Assembly: GCA_977017575.1 (NCBI GenBank)
Contig: CDRNVI010000034.1
Location: 1-64,000, forward strand
Length of the DNA stretch: 64,000 nt
Origin: Paramoeba atlantica
Taxonomy: Eukaryota > Protista > Discosea
Direction of reading: 5' to 3'
The notes under the pieces are model-generated. The model was not told the origin of the DNA. It was given only the letters and a program-made list of their open reading frames with translations, and ran no database searches. The position numbers and the translations under genes are program-made. This document shows, piece by piece, positions 31,551-42,297 of this stretch. Within the stretch, counting starts at the first letter, position 1; each line of letters opens with the position of its first letter.

Positions 31551-33578
31551 TTACTCCTGTAAGGCGTTCGACGGACTCCCGCGTTCACACGTTGTCTTTA
31601 ACTCATGTGCTTGTTTGCGTAGTCGAGGAATGGCGTCCTGCAGGATGCCACTTAGTGCACTGAGCCGAAATCGGGGCACCACACCTATCGTAGAGAGCAC
31701 GCGATCGGGATTCTCTCCTAACGCGTTCCGCAGCTTTGGCCTTACCTCGGACCACAAATCCGCACAATCTGCCGGGTACGGACTTTTTCGCAGCCGTCCC
31801 GCGAACTCTGTGCGAAAGATTCGATCCAAATTTGCACCGGCGAGGCTTCCTAATTGTTGTCGCAGCCGATAGAGAAGAAAAGCCGCGAGTGCGGTGCTAC
31901 ACAACACGCTGCTAGCTCCAAGAGCTACAAAAAACATACTCCATCCCAGACCTGGCCAGAGTACCCAGCCCAGCAACGGTGTCCATAAACATAACAAGAA
32001 AACTAAAATATACGTTTTCATCCGACTGTGTGTGTACTGTCTCCGAAGCGCGTTTAACAACACCGTCGACATTTGCAACCGCCGGGTGGCTACATCTAAA
32101 TCTGAGATTAAGTGATCCACGTGACGAAGCGGCGCGTACTGTATTTCACGAAGCACCTCATGTCGAGTATGACGAAAATCACGTAAAAGGGTGTGAGAAT
32201 CCGAACCGGGGTTCTCCTCATCGCTCGCAAATGGTTCCTGCGAAAAAGAAGAAGTGTTTTCAGCACTGAGAGCAGCACCCGTCCGCTCACGGTACGGTTC
32301 TCGTTGCCGAAATTCCCGCGCTGCACCGGGGGTATACATTGTGTGGATTCGAGGCAAATCTTTTCGCTCAATCACTTTTGCCAAATTCCAACAAAGCGCA
32401 CCGTAGCACCGAGCCAAATCCTGTACTTTAGTAAACACATCCACCTTGTTAAACACTATGAGGAATTTATGCTCCATCCCTCGTAAGCTGTGGTTGAGCA
32501 CATCCAGTGTCTCTCCGGTGGTTCCTGGATTACTCGGATCAAACAACAGCAAAATCAAATCACAACGGGTCGCAAACCATCGCACGGTGCTGAGAAAATC
32601 ATACCCACGTTCAAAACGTCGTGGAATCGGTGAGGACGCGATGGGTGTTGTCCCCACAATCGCCGAATTCTCAGCAAACCATTCATTTTCTCCTTTTCTT
32701 ACCGTTTTCTCCATTTTCATTCCATTTTCCCTCCCCTGTTCCCGATCCGGGGTATCAATCATCCCCGGGGTATCAATCAACATCACCTTTGGAGGAAGCC
32801 AGCACCCTGGCCCCAACTTTCGTGTTTTAACTTTCAGGTGGGAAAAGAAACCTTGTCCAAACCCTCTCAAACCCTCTAAATCGTATTTCGGATTCGACAG
32901 CGCCGTGGGGCCGTCCTCATCCATATCGCTCTCCCCTTTGAGCAAAACCGTAAACCCATCATCGGTGGGGGCGACGCCTGTGGTCTGGACCTCCTCCCCA
33001 AGGACCGAGTTGATTAGGGTTGATTTCCCACTACTGTGGTTCCCGAGGAACATCACGGTGGGAAGCCGTGGGGTGGAGGAATTTGTGTTTTCGAATTTGT
33101 TTTCGAAATTTTGGTTTTGTGGTTTTGAGGCTAAGGATAAAGAAGAGGAAGATAAAGAAGAATTTGAAGATTTATAAAAAGGTGAAAAAGAAGATAAGGA
33201 AGAAGATGAAGATGAAATGGAGCTCGTGAATAACCCTAGAGGATCGGTGGGCTGTAAAACGTTTTGCCATAAGGTGGAGACTTCGCTGTGGATTTCCTGG
33301 ATAGCGCTTTCACAACGAGAGGAGTCGAGGAAGGTGTGGAGGGGGGAGGCTTGGGGGTGGGAAGAAGAAAATGCAGCAAGGGAATTGGAAGGAGGGGGAG
33401 ACGTTGAGGAAAGAGGCTCTTTGCTGCTGCTGGGAGGGTGACGTAGGCGAGCGGAGGTAAGGGGGGAGGTGTGAAGCTGTCGTAGTGGGGCAGACGAAAA
33501 GAGGGGAAGATAAGAAAGGGTGTTTGTGGGCTTTTTTATGAAGCGGAAAGTGTTGGAATTGCGACGGAAAGCCTGCAT
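31551..33578 (-). CDS. EHD/dynamin-superfamily GTPase with predicted N-terminal mitochondrial presequence and two C-terminal TM helices (MfnL-like)
   Basis: G1 LGNHSSGKSTLIN, TGVAPTDDGF, G3 LIDTPG, RGYDF, G4 FNKVD; Arg/Ser-rich, acid-free N-terminus MQAFRRNSNTFRF; hydrophobic hairpin YILVFLLCLWTPLLGWVLWPGLGWSMFFVALG. Confidence 0.85.
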   Translation of the reverse strand: MQAFRRNSNTFRFIKKPTNTLSYLPLFSSAPLRQLHTSPLTSARLRHPPSSSKEPLSSTSPPPSNSLAAFSSSHPQASPLHTFLDSSRCESAIQEIHSEVSTLWQNVLQPTDPLGLFTSSISSSSSSLSSFSPFYKSSNSSLSSSSLSLASKPQNQNFENKFENTNSSTPRLPTVMFLGNHSSGKSTLINSVLGEEVQTTGVAPTDDGFTVLLKGESDMDEDGPTALSNPKYDLEGLRGFGQGFFSHLKVKTRKLGPGCWLPPKVMLIDTPGMIDTPDREQGRENGMKMEKTVRKGENEWFAENSAIVGTTPIASSPIPRRFERGYDFLSTVRWFATRCDLILLLFDPSNPGTTGETLDVLNHSLRGMEHKFLIVFNKVDVFTKVQDLARCYGALCWNLAKVIERKDLPRIHTMYTPGAAREFRQREPYRERTGAALSAENTSSFSQEPFASDEENPGSDSHTLLRDFRHTRHEVLREIQYAPLRHVDHLISDLDVATRRLQMSTVLLNALRRQYTHSRMKTYILVFLLCLWTPLLGWVLWPGLGWSMFFVALGASSVLCSTALAAFLLYRLRQQLGSLAGANLDRIFRTEFAGRLRKSPYPADCADLWSEVRPKLRNALGENPDRVLSTIGVVPRFRLSALSGILQDAIPRLRKQAHELKTTCERGSPSNALQE

Positions 33579-33791
33579 TGGGGTGGGAGAAAGTGATTGG
33601 TTTGGGAAAAAGAAGTTAGAATAAGGATAAAGAATGAGTTTGTACAGTTTGGTGAGGACGTGCCTATTATTTGCGATCAAAAAAAGAAACATGGTACTTT
33701 TTTAGACAAGTAAATATTCTGATAACTTTTCGTCGAACCTCAAAATTATTCGTTTCCCCACTCAATTGCGATCAGAGAATTATGCACAAGA

Positions 33792-34547
33792 TTACAAACC
33801 AATAAACCGCCAGTACAGGAGAAAAATGAAAAATAGAACAGAAAGTGCAGATACGGCACGAGCTCTCCAGTTCGGACGATTCAGCTTCACGGCACGGTGA
33901 CGAAACTTCGCGCTGTGTTCCTTAAGTTCCGCGCTGTAGTGCGACATTGTCTCCAGCGTCTCTCCGCGAAGTACCATGTCGTTTAAATTGGAACGTAGCA
34001 GAGATTCTACCTCACCCAATTTAATCGCAACCTCTCCATGTGCCCCGGAAGTCATGGATGTTTCCTCCGAAGATCGGATGGTATCCACTGCAGGAATACT
34101 GCGTTTCTCGACGCCAAGAGCTAAACGAGACTCAAAATTGTAAGTTTGCTGTTTGAGATCTGCAGAAAAACTACCGAAGGCGTAAGGAGTGTTCGCCTCG
34201 CGAATTGAGTCAGAAGAGAAACGAGTCGAAAAATGAGCAGCCATTTGAAGCAACAGCTCACGAGTGCTTCCCACAGGAAGTGAAATTTCTTTCCGAAAAA
34301 GGAGAATAAAAACTACAGGTTGTCGAGGACTATCCAACAAAGCATGTAAAACACCCGATAAAAGTTCTTCTGTACAAAACGTAGGTGCAGATTCTTGCAG
34401 TTTCGATGGATGCCATAGTTCTGGATGTCTTCTTTGTAGCTCTTGGATGCATGTGTGCTCTTGTACCGTTGGTGTGTTGTCTAATGAGCATAGCGGTAGG
34501 CTGTCAGGGAGACGAAGTAGGGAAGCCGCAATAACAGGAGAAGGCAT
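33792..34547 (-). CDS. Longin R-SNARE (Sec22-like; VAMP7 not excluded)
   Basis: Longin N-terminus with PYAF motif, SNARE motif NLNDMVLRGETL...KFRHRAVKLN, C-terminal TM. Confidence 0.8.
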   Translation of the reverse strand: MPSPVIAASLLRLPDSLPLCSLDNTPTVQEHTCIQELQRRHPELWHPSKLQESAPTFCTEELLSGVLHALLDSPRQPVVFILLFRKEISLPVGSTRELLLQMAAHFSTRFSSDSIREANTPYAFGSFSADLKQQTYNFESRLALGVEKRSIPAVDTIRSSEETSMTSGAHGEVAIKLGEVESLLRSNLNDMVLRGETLETMSHYSAELKEHSAKFRHRAVKLNRPNWRARAVSALSVLFFIFLLYWRFIGL

Positions 34548-34721
34548 GAGGTGAGTAAAATATTACATGACCAAACCTTCGTGCTTGAGATACAGAATAT
34601 ACATGTATGAATTCATCGAAGATTCGAGTTCATAGAATAACATTGGTTTTATCATTTGATGTTTGAGCTACAAGATTTCATACAGGGATATAGCGGAGTT
34701 TATCAGGAAGAAGATTAAGCA

Positions 34722-35434
34722 TTAGGCTCTTCGTTAAACGCGGTGGTTGTTTTCAACGTAGAAGTGACTCATGCTGCGCGCTTCGCGTTGAAAATTACCG
34801 CCGCGTTTGACGAAGAGCCTAAAAAAAATCTCCAAATGATCATGAATAATCTACTTTTTGGGGTGCAAAAGCTCGATTTTTCGGCAAAAATTGCAAAATT
34901 TCACACCGAATTTGAGCCGTTTTGGATGCCTTAGCAGTAGTGGCAGGAGTCGAATCTGTCGACAAAAACATCGTAGAATGGTAGCTGAGGTCCCAAACCC
35001 TCCGAATACGTTCTAGGAGTCGATTTTGGAAAAATAATATTTTTACTTTTTTTGGGTCAATTTCTTTTTTTTTTGGTCATCCCAAAAATTTCGGAAATTT
35101 TGACCTTGTCAGACCCCTCCCGCGCTTACCAGGGGGGGGGGTACCCCCAGGTGGGGGGGTGGAGAGTCATCGCTGCGGCCTACTCTACCACTTCCTTGCG
35201 CTCGATCTCGAAAATCAAGATTTTAAAAATTTCAAAAAACGACGTATGCCCCCCCCCTGGACCCCCCCTAGACCCCCCATTTTTTTGATTTTTTTTTTCA
35301 GTTTTGGACCACCGGGGCCCCCTTTTATATTTTTCTTCTATTATATTACTGTGTTCCTCTTTATATTTTCACTTTTTTTGTTCACTTTGTTCGCAATAAT
35401 CGAGGGTAGAGCGGTAGTTATACAACCACCGCAA
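34722..35434 (-). mobile_element. Solo non-autonomous Helitron-like element (B'-A unit, 713 bp) inserted between A and T with no TSD
   Basis: Minus strand reads A|TTGCGGTGGTTG...CAACCACCGCGTTTAACGAAGAGCCTAA|T; homologous to 21780-22460. Confidence 0.8.
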
Positions 35435-35596
35435 TGTCGATAATAGACGCATACGTAATGTTGGTAAACATCGTTTTGAGGTGAGCTCGTGGAAATAGCA
35501 CAGTCAGGGGAAAGATTGATTCATTTCACAACCAGAAGATTTTGCCAAAACTAATCTTTCTCTTCAGTATGGATAAAAGCAAAAACTTTAACTGTG

Positions 35597-37270
35597 TTAC
35601 CTTTCCACATTTACCAACGAGTGTAGACTTTTCGCAAATTCGCCTTGCGAGAAACGCTGACACGCCTCTCTCGCGTTTATCCGTATTTGAAGCTGTTCCC
35701 CAGGCGTTAACTTCAACACGTGCGTCAACGTTTCTACATAATCCTCCTCTGTTTTTGCCAAAAACCCCACCGACTGCGTTATTTCTTCTTCCCTTCTCCT
35801 TTTTTCCGCATGATCCAAATCTCTCCTCATAATCCGACTACAGGGTTTTACAATATTACTTCTCGGACCCCCGCTGTCATGGGCGACAACCACACATCCA
35901 GCAGCCATGTACTCCACGAGGCTAATTCCGAAATGTTCCTCGACCATGGTGTGCAGCCCAATCGCACTGGTCTGTAGACGAAACAAAAGCTGTGAAAAAT
36001 GGACATTTAAATCCCATTCGACATGGGCCTCGATTTTCAGCAAACGAGCGATTTCCTGTAAATCCTGCACCCGTTTCCTATCCAACTCATTTCGAGTCCC
36101 ACCAAGAAGAATTAATTTCAGATGAGGAAATTGAGGAATCAGTCCCGAGAGAATACGGAGCTGAAGTGCATGATTTTTTTCTGGACGAAATTGACCCACC
36201 GAGAGGATTTGAAAAGCATTTCGTTTGTTTCGGGTCACACGGCCACGTGAGGAGGAGGGCGAGAGACAAGACAACGAATTTGAATTCTTTTGAAGCAAAG
36301 AAGCGTTTTCGTGAGTATCGATTAGAGAAAGCTTCACCAACGGTTCGATCGGGGTAGGTGGATAGATCAGATGTACCCTCGAAGGGTCTCTTTTCCACAT
36401 TTCAACCATGTGGTTTTTTGTCCAATGTGAATTCACAAGGACAAGGGTGACACAATTTCCACAAAACAAGTAAAGACGCATCAAAAAACGGTAATACACT
36501 TTTTTCAGAAACGTAAGGAAAGTTGAGTGGGCAATAAAAGGAGCGTGATTGTAAGTTGCACTTGTTTTTGTAATTTTGTCCAGCATATCGTGGGACAGGG
36601 TGGGGTAGTGGACATAGGCAAGAATCCGACACCCGAACGAATGCACCAGGGGATAGGCAAAAGGAACCCCCGTGGTGTCTAGAAAAAGTTCGGGGACGAA
36701 TTCCTGGAGTCCGCGAGCGACGAGACGAACCGAACCGAGGGCTTGACGGAGTAGGGTGAGGGAAGGGTACCGCGAGGGGTCGATTTCATGAACATTGGGA
36801 AGAGCGATCAATTTAAGCCTTTGGGTTGCGTTATCTAGAGGAATATGGATGTCAAACTGCTGGCGAACGGTTTCCAGTAAAAGATGAAGAGAAGGGATCT
36901 CCGAACTGACGTAGAGTGCAATGAAAAGCGGACGTGTGGGATCAAAAACAGGAAGACAGGAATAGAGCCACGTGTTATCTAGCTGTGTAGCGTGTAATAA
37001 CGAGTGTAAAAGGACCCAAAGTACGCGTTCGCCTCCTCCTCCGGCATGAGCATGGGGGTGGAAAATGCCCACCCAGAGAGGAGAGGATTCTTGAATAGTG
37101 GCATCGGATGAGGGAGATTTTTGTTTAATACGGTTGGGTTTGTTTTTGAGTTCGATGTTGTCCGGTTTGTCTGAAGAACGTTGAAAGAGGGTATACCACC
37201 AGAAAGTAAGACGAAGAACTCCAAGTAGAAAGAAAAAGAGCGGGAGAAATGCTATGACTATCCAAAGCAT
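35597..37270 (-). CDS. ALG11: GDP-Man:Man3GlcNAc2-PP-Dol alpha-1,2-mannosyltransferase
   Basis: FHPHAHAGGGGERVLW, YVHYPTLS, VNSHWT, SVGQFRPEKNH, EHFGISLVEYMAAG, AHDSGGP; N-terminal TM. Confidence 0.95.
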   Translation of the reverse strand: MLWIVIAFLPLFFFLLGVLRLTFWWYTLFQRSSDKPDNIELKNKPNRIKQKSPSSDATIQESSPLWVGIFHPHAHAGGGGERVLWVLLHSLLHATQLDNTWLYSCLPVFDPTRPLFIALYVSSEIPSLHLLLETVRQQFDIHIPLDNATQRLKLIALPNVHEIDPSRYPSLTLLRQALGSVRLVARGLQEFVPELFLDTTGVPFAYPLVHSFGCRILAYVHYPTLSHDMLDKITKTSATYNHAPFIAHSTFLTFLKKVYYRFLMRLYLFCGNCVTLVLVNSHWTKNHMVEMWKRDPSRVHLIYPPTPIEPLVKLSLIDTHENASLLQKNSNSLSCLSPSSSRGRVTRNKRNAFQILSVGQFRPEKNHALQLRILSGLIPQFPHLKLILLGGTRNELDRKRVQDLQEIARLLKIEAHVEWDLNVHFSQLLFRLQTSAIGLHTMVEEHFGISLVEYMAAGCVVVAHDSGGPRSNIVKPCSRIMRRDLDHAEKRRREEEITQSVGFLAKTEEDYVETLTHVLKLTPGEQLQIRINAREACQRFSQGEFAKSLHSLVNVER

Positions 37271-37454
37271 TGGTGGGGAAGAAGAGTGCTACCTCTGCAT
37301 ATTTCAAATTGCTTGACCAATAAAATATGCCTTTTGGCAATTAAAAAAGAAATATAGTAAAAAGGCATAAAAAACCCTGAAAACAAGAACTTATTTTTTT
37401 GAGTCACAAATTTGACACTCAAAGATAAAAAAATGAAGAAAGGTGCAGGATGAC

Positions 37455-38060
37455 TTATTCTTTCCCGTGAATAATACGTGCCATCGCGCCCCATGTATTT
37501 ACAGACATTACGAACCGTTGCGCATCAGTTGATGGTACACGATCGTGATCCCATAAAATTACATTAGAAAACTCGGTGAGAGGTTGTGAATCAGTTTCTG
37601 AGGTGCTTTTTTCTTGTTCAGTATCAGAACATTTCTTTTTCTGATCCTCCGTAACGCGGGAAACAAATGGTATTCGAAAGGTGGTGCCATCTTTTATTTC
37701 CTCTGCGAGGTAGAAACCTGCGTTCGTAGTGATGTTGACGTCTTTCAGAGCTGCACTCTCAGATGTCTCACTGGAATTTGTTGGGTTTCTTGTGTTGACG
37801 TCTTGTTCGACCGACTCTTTCTTTAAGTTGGGAAAGTTGTTCTTCGTGCGGATAATGGAACCTTTCAAGGAGCGTCCACGAAAAATTGTTTCGAGAGAAT
37901 TGCCGGACATGGAATTCGTATTCGCGACGGACGTAGATGTAGCAGGAGTCGGTACGGTAGGAAATAATTCATGAAAAACAGAAGACTCTCCACAACGAAA
38001 ATTGTGCGGTACGCCAAACGGGAGGATATGAAGTGTTTTATCTATGGAATCCTGCGACAT
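37455..38060 (-). CDS. RNASEH2C: Ribonuclease H2 subunit C
   Basis: LHILPF, FRGRSLKG, LWDHDRVP, C-terminal W..MARIIH match the family pattern. Confidence 0.8.
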   Translation of the reverse strand: MSQDSIDKTLHILPFGVPHNFRCGESSVFHELFPTVPTPATSTSVANTNSMSGNSLETIFRGRSLKGSIIRTKNNFPNLKKESVEQDVNTRNPTNSSETSESAALKDVNITTNAGFYLAEEIKDGTTFRIPFVSRVTEDQKKKCSDTEQEKSTSETDSQPLTEFSNVILWDHDRVPSTDAQRFVMSVNTWGAMARIIHGKE

Positions 38061-38423
38061 GAATTATGTATAGTTTAGCAGAACTCGAGCTATTCGGTCG
38101 TAAAAGGCATCTGAAAGACAACAAGCAAAAGCTCAAAGTATTAATTATTTGATCCACATCCAAAAATAAATTCGTTTGTAGAAAAATGATTTTGCTCATT
38201 CATAAAAAATATTTCAAGGAAATTTCTCTCAAATGATGTGCCATGAAGCTGAATAGCATTCGGCTATTGCAAACAACCAATGTATTTTAAACCAGTGTAT
38301 TTTCTATTTGGATATAGAAATAAAAAAGTAGGATGCATTTTCACCAGCCGTTTGCAAGAAAAAATAGCCCAGTTCAGACGACCAATGATCCATTTATTCC
38401 ATTTATCCAACCAAAAAAATCAA

Positions 38424-39074
38424 TCAATCTAACAAAACACACCCGGGCAAAGAGAAACCTCTGCCAAGCACAATGGAATTCCCCGCAAGGTTCAGCATCG
38501 TAAGCGAATCCGGCAGTTTCGAAAAATCCGGTCGCCCACTCAACGCATTCCCTTGCAAAAGCAATTCCTCCACTAAATTCGGAAGGCGTGTGAAGTCCGG
38601 CGTTCCCTCATAGTGATTACAGCTGACATCCAACTGTTTTAAAAATGTCGGGAGATACGTAAGATCCAAATGCCCTCTCATTTCTGCATTTTGTAACACC
38701 ACGACATTTAAGCTATTGGGAAGAAGAGAGAAGTCCATCGGTTTGCGTAGTCTCGTAGGTCGAACCACCCACTCCCCATCTTCTTTTAGAAACTTAGCCG
38801 AGCTTAAATCGAGGAGTTTGAGGCCAGGCAGGAGATGCTTCCAGTGTAGAAGCCCCGTAAGGGACAGAGAAGACCACTGTATTTCGGTGACATGTTTTTT
38901 GTGATCACAACGTACCCCCCGCCACTCACAGGCAGGGGTTTGTATGTTCCAGGTGTGGTGGATGCGGTCCAGACCTTCAATGAAACGACAAAGACGATAT
39001 TCTTGGGATACCGACACGCGTTGCTTGGAAGCCCGGCGGGGGTGATCTGTGCAGTGCGCGGCGTGTAGAAACAT
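38424..39074 (-). CDS. LRR family protein (copy 1)
   Basis: N-cap W...PACEWRGVRC plus 22-aa repeats LPxxLxxLxLxxNxxxGxxD. Confidence 0.85.
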   Translation of the reverse strand: MFLHAAHCTDHPRRASKQRVSVSQEYRLCRFIEGLDRIHHTWNIQTPACEWRGVRCDHKKHVTEIQWSSLSLTGLLHWKHLLPGLKLLDLSSAKFLKEDGEWVVRPTRLRKPMDFSLLPNSLNVVVLQNAEMRGHLDLTYLPTFLKQLDVSCNHYEGTPDFTRLPNLVEELLLQGNALSGRPDFSKLPDSLTMLNLAGNSIVLGRGFSLPGCVLLD

Positions 39075-39389
39075 GTAACAGACACAGTGAGAAGACGGAA
39101 ATGTGAAAGAGAACTTTGAGAACGGCTTGGCTGTTTCAATAAAATCTTAAAAAATATCTTAATTTTATACCTTTGTAAGACTTGTTTGTAAGACTTGTTT
39201 GTAAGACTTCTTATTTTTTCTTTTGTGAATACAGGTTTGAATAAAAAGGTTGAGAAAGAGCAATACACAAGAAAATGAAAGCAAAAAAAAGGTGACACAC
39301 CGAGCCAACCGTCGTTGCGGTCAGTTTTTCATTTTTATTTTCGCAGTTCTTCAAAACGGCATGCCCCCTGCTGCCTCTGGTCTCCTGGC

Positions 39390-41054
39390 TCAAACCAACC
39401 GAAAAAGCTCTCCCCAGGAAACACTCTCCTGGAACTCTCTCCCGGCATAAATTTGCTGTCGAAAATGTCCCCCACAGACCGAGGCGCCTCGATCTCTCCA
39501 GTGTTCCCAGATCGTTCGTTGTGGTGTACTCATTTGGGACTCTGAAGAAAAAGCCCAAATCGGAAAAGACATTTTATCTTTTCCAGGCGATCGAAATTTA
39601 CTTTTATGTTTCGGATACAAACTGGAGAGGTGGTCCTCTTGTATTGAGGCCCCGACGTGAAGAATCACCAACTGGTCGAGTGGCTGGACCGGTTGGATTA
39701 ACTCCAGTAAGCCTTGTGAGGTGACGCGAGCGGAAATCGGGTAAAATTCAGGAGGCAGGGAGGGAGGAAAGCGTGAGGAATAGGATGAGGAAAAATTAGA
39801 AGGATAGGAAGAAGGAAAAGAAGAATCAGTTCTCTTCTCACCCTTGCGTTGCGGGGAAGAAGGTAAAAGAGGAGAGATTTTCCCAAAAAGAAGGGACTGG
39901 CCCAAGGAGGGGTATTGCGCTGTTGTTTGCATTATGGCGGATAACGGATCCATGTCGTTTAGGGAGTGAATAATGCGATTGGTCACCCCGGTGACGACCA
40001 GTGGAGAGCCCGCGGTCTCCATTCCGGTAATAATTTGGGACAGCGGCCGAGAGGCTTCCCATGATGGGGTAACCTCCCGGGTAAGGTTATGCTTCTCAAG
40101 ATCGGCCAAAGAATGAGAAGAGGGTTCTAACATCTTTATGTTCTTGGAACAATCCTCGGAGTAACGAACCACCTGAGAGGAGAGCAACACAAATCCGGAG
40201 AGCGCTGCGCGTTGACTTTGTTCTGTGACATGAAAAAGCACTTTTTGTTTTGGCACACTCTTTTTTTCCCCTCCTTTTTTCACCCCTTTTTGCATTGCTT
40301 TCCCGAACACCGGAAAACCTTCGTTGTTTCTTTGCCACAAATAGGTTTGCCCCACCCCCGCGCCACCAATCAAATCTTTTTGCGGAAGAAACCGACGTAG
40401 CCCCGGTAACACTCTCTCACTCTCTAACACTTGATCTAAATGACACAGTGCTATATTTTTTTGTTGTTTCAAGGAAGAAAAATGAGTGTGGAGCACAGAG
40501 GGAAGCGTTAGGACTCCGGAGGAATGAAAGCAGGCCGACTCTATGGGGAGAAAAAGCGGGAGAATTCGTATACCAGGAGGTAGCGTAAGAAGTGACAAGG
40601 TGGCGTTATCCTTTTTATCTTCTGCTAGATTTCTATCTTTTTCTAGGTTTTTATCTTCTCTCTTTTTATCTTCTTCTCCCTTTTTATCCTCTTTTACGTT
40701 TTCTACCTTCTTTACCTTTTTATCTTTTTTTACCATCTTATCTTTGTATTCTACTCTTGTTTGCTCTCTAAATAAAGGCCCGGCAAGGGTTTCAGTCGCG
40801 AGCACAAGCTCCAGGGATGAGGCCCAGGGCTGGGAGAGTAACTTGTTTAAAAATTGTCGCCATAGCACAGGGGTACAGCAGCAATGGGGAGAGAAGTAGA
40901 GATTCGCGATACGAGGAGATGAGAGAGAAGAAGAAGAAGAAAGTTGAGAAACGCATTCCGAGATCGCAGGGAGGAAGGCAGGGGAGGCGCTACGGGCGAT
41001 GCGAAGCTGGACGGGGGATGTCATAGAGGATGCATTTTTGGAGAGATGGGGCAA
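39390..41054 (-). CDS. Hypothetical protein, possible FIST-domain
   Basis: DLIGGAGVG and GSPLVVTGVTNRIIHSLNDMDPL resemble FIST motifs; the family call is tentative. Confidence 0.55.
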   Translation of the reverse strand: MPHLSKNASSMTSPVQLRIARSASPAFLPAISECVSQLSSSSSLSSPRIANLYFSPHCCCTPVLWRQFLNKLLSQPWASSLELVLATETLAGPLFREQTRVEYKDKMVKKDKKVKKVENVKEDKKGEEDKKREDKNLEKDRNLAEDKKDNATLSLLTLPPGIRILPLFLPIESACFHSSGVLTLPSVLHTHFSSLKQQKNIALCHLDQVLESERVLPGLRRFLPQKDLIGGAGVGQTYLWQRNNEGFPVFGKAMQKGVKKGGEKKSVPKQKVLFHVTEQSQRAALSGFVLLSSQVVRYSEDCSKNIKMLEPSSHSLADLEKHNLTREVTPSWEASRPLSQIITGMETAGSPLVVTGVTNRIIHSLNDMDPLSAIMQTTAQYPSLGQSLLFGKISPLLPSSPQRKGEKRTDSSFPSSYPSNFSSSYSSRFPPSLPPEFYPISARVTSQGLLELIQPVQPLDQLVILHVGASIQEDHLSSLYPKHKSKFRSPGKDKMSFPIWAFSSESQMSTPQRTIWEHWRDRGASVCGGHFRQQIYAGREFQESVSWGELFRLV

Positions 41055-41329
41055 CAGGGTGGTGGGGTGGGGAGGGTTGAGATGGTGGGGGAAAAGAGTA
41101 TAAACGATCGAAAAGAGATGAAAAACACAGCGTGAGTAGGATATAGAAAAGAAAATTTGTATTTACTTTTAGATTTGTGTTACCTTTAGATTTAACGTTT
41201 ATATTTTCAAATTACTTGGCGAAAAGACAATGAGGGTACTCAATGCTTCAATATTTCATGGTTGCTCAATGTGCAATATCGGAGTCAGACAAGCAGCATA
41301 AAGGTGAAGAACTTTTAGCTAAAAAGACA

Positions 41330-42094
41330 TTAATGAGTGAGAGTAATTAGCGTATTCTTCACAGTAAAACTGTTACAAATGGATGTCGGGATCTGAGAGT
41401 GTTTGATATGACCAGAGAGATCCTGGTTGTTAAATAAATAGAAACATGTCAATGATTCTGGAAGGCTGGATAAATCTATGACTCCCGAAAAGCGGTTGTC
41501 CCGTATACTCAAATATTGCATATTGTCCGGAAGGGAAGTCAAATCTACAGGACCCGTGAGAGAATTCGAGGCAAGTGCGAGGTACTCCAGTGGTGTAGGA
41601 AGTTGATTTAAGCACACATGACCAGTAAATTCATTATTGCTTAAACACAAGCGTTCCATGTGCTGTGGAAGAGAAATTAAATCCAAAGACCCATAAAATT
41701 TGTTGTTGTGAAGGTTGAATGAGTGAAGATCAAAAGGTAACTTATTCAGTGCGACTTCTCCGGAAATGGTATTCGTTTCTACGCTAAATGTAACCAATGA
41801 ACTTGGAAGGTCAATGAAATGCAATACGCCCGACAAAACGCGTCTATCCCAATAAATATCACTCACTTTGCCATCGTCATCGCAGCGTACACCTTCCCAA
41901 CTACAGGCTGGGGTGCGCGTGCTCCAGGAGCGTGCAGTATTCAACAAATCGGAGATAAATCTTGCAAGCGCATGTTCTTGAGGGAGATTCACCAAATTAA
42001 CCTTCGCAGCACGTGACGGGTGGCATGTTCGTGAAGTGTCTGAGAAACAAGCGCTTGGAATCATGAAAAAGTAAGAGTGTAAACCGCAAAGCAC
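41330..42094 (-). CDS. LRR family protein (copy 2)
   Basis: LPQEHALARFI...PACSWEGVRC plus repeated LPxxLxxLxLxxNxFxG. Confidence 0.88.
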   Translation of the reverse strand: MLCGLHSYFFMIPSACFSDTSRTCHPSRAAKVNLVNLPQEHALARFISDLLNTARSWSTRTPACSWEGVRCDDDGKVSDIYWDRRVLSGVLHFIDLPSSLVTFSVETNTISGEVALNKLPFDLHSFNLHNNKFYGSLDLISLPQHMERLCLSNNEFTGHVCLNQLPTPLEYLALASNSLTGPVDLTSLPDNMQYLSIRDNRFSGVIDLSSLPESLTCFYLFNNQDLSGHIKHSQIPTSICNSFTVKNTLITLTH

Positions 42095-42297
42095 AAAATT
42101 AAAGAACGAGTTGATCCACCAGGAGAACCATAAAAATAAGGAAGGAGGGCTCGTTTATTGATTTTTTTTTGGGCATTTTATGCTAACGCTAATCGAACCT
42201 TTTTTGACTTTTTAAATTGTACTCCCATTTTTTTAGTTGCAGGTTGATCGCCCAATTCTCATTCTTCGTGATTATCAGAAATGTGACTTTTAATGTA

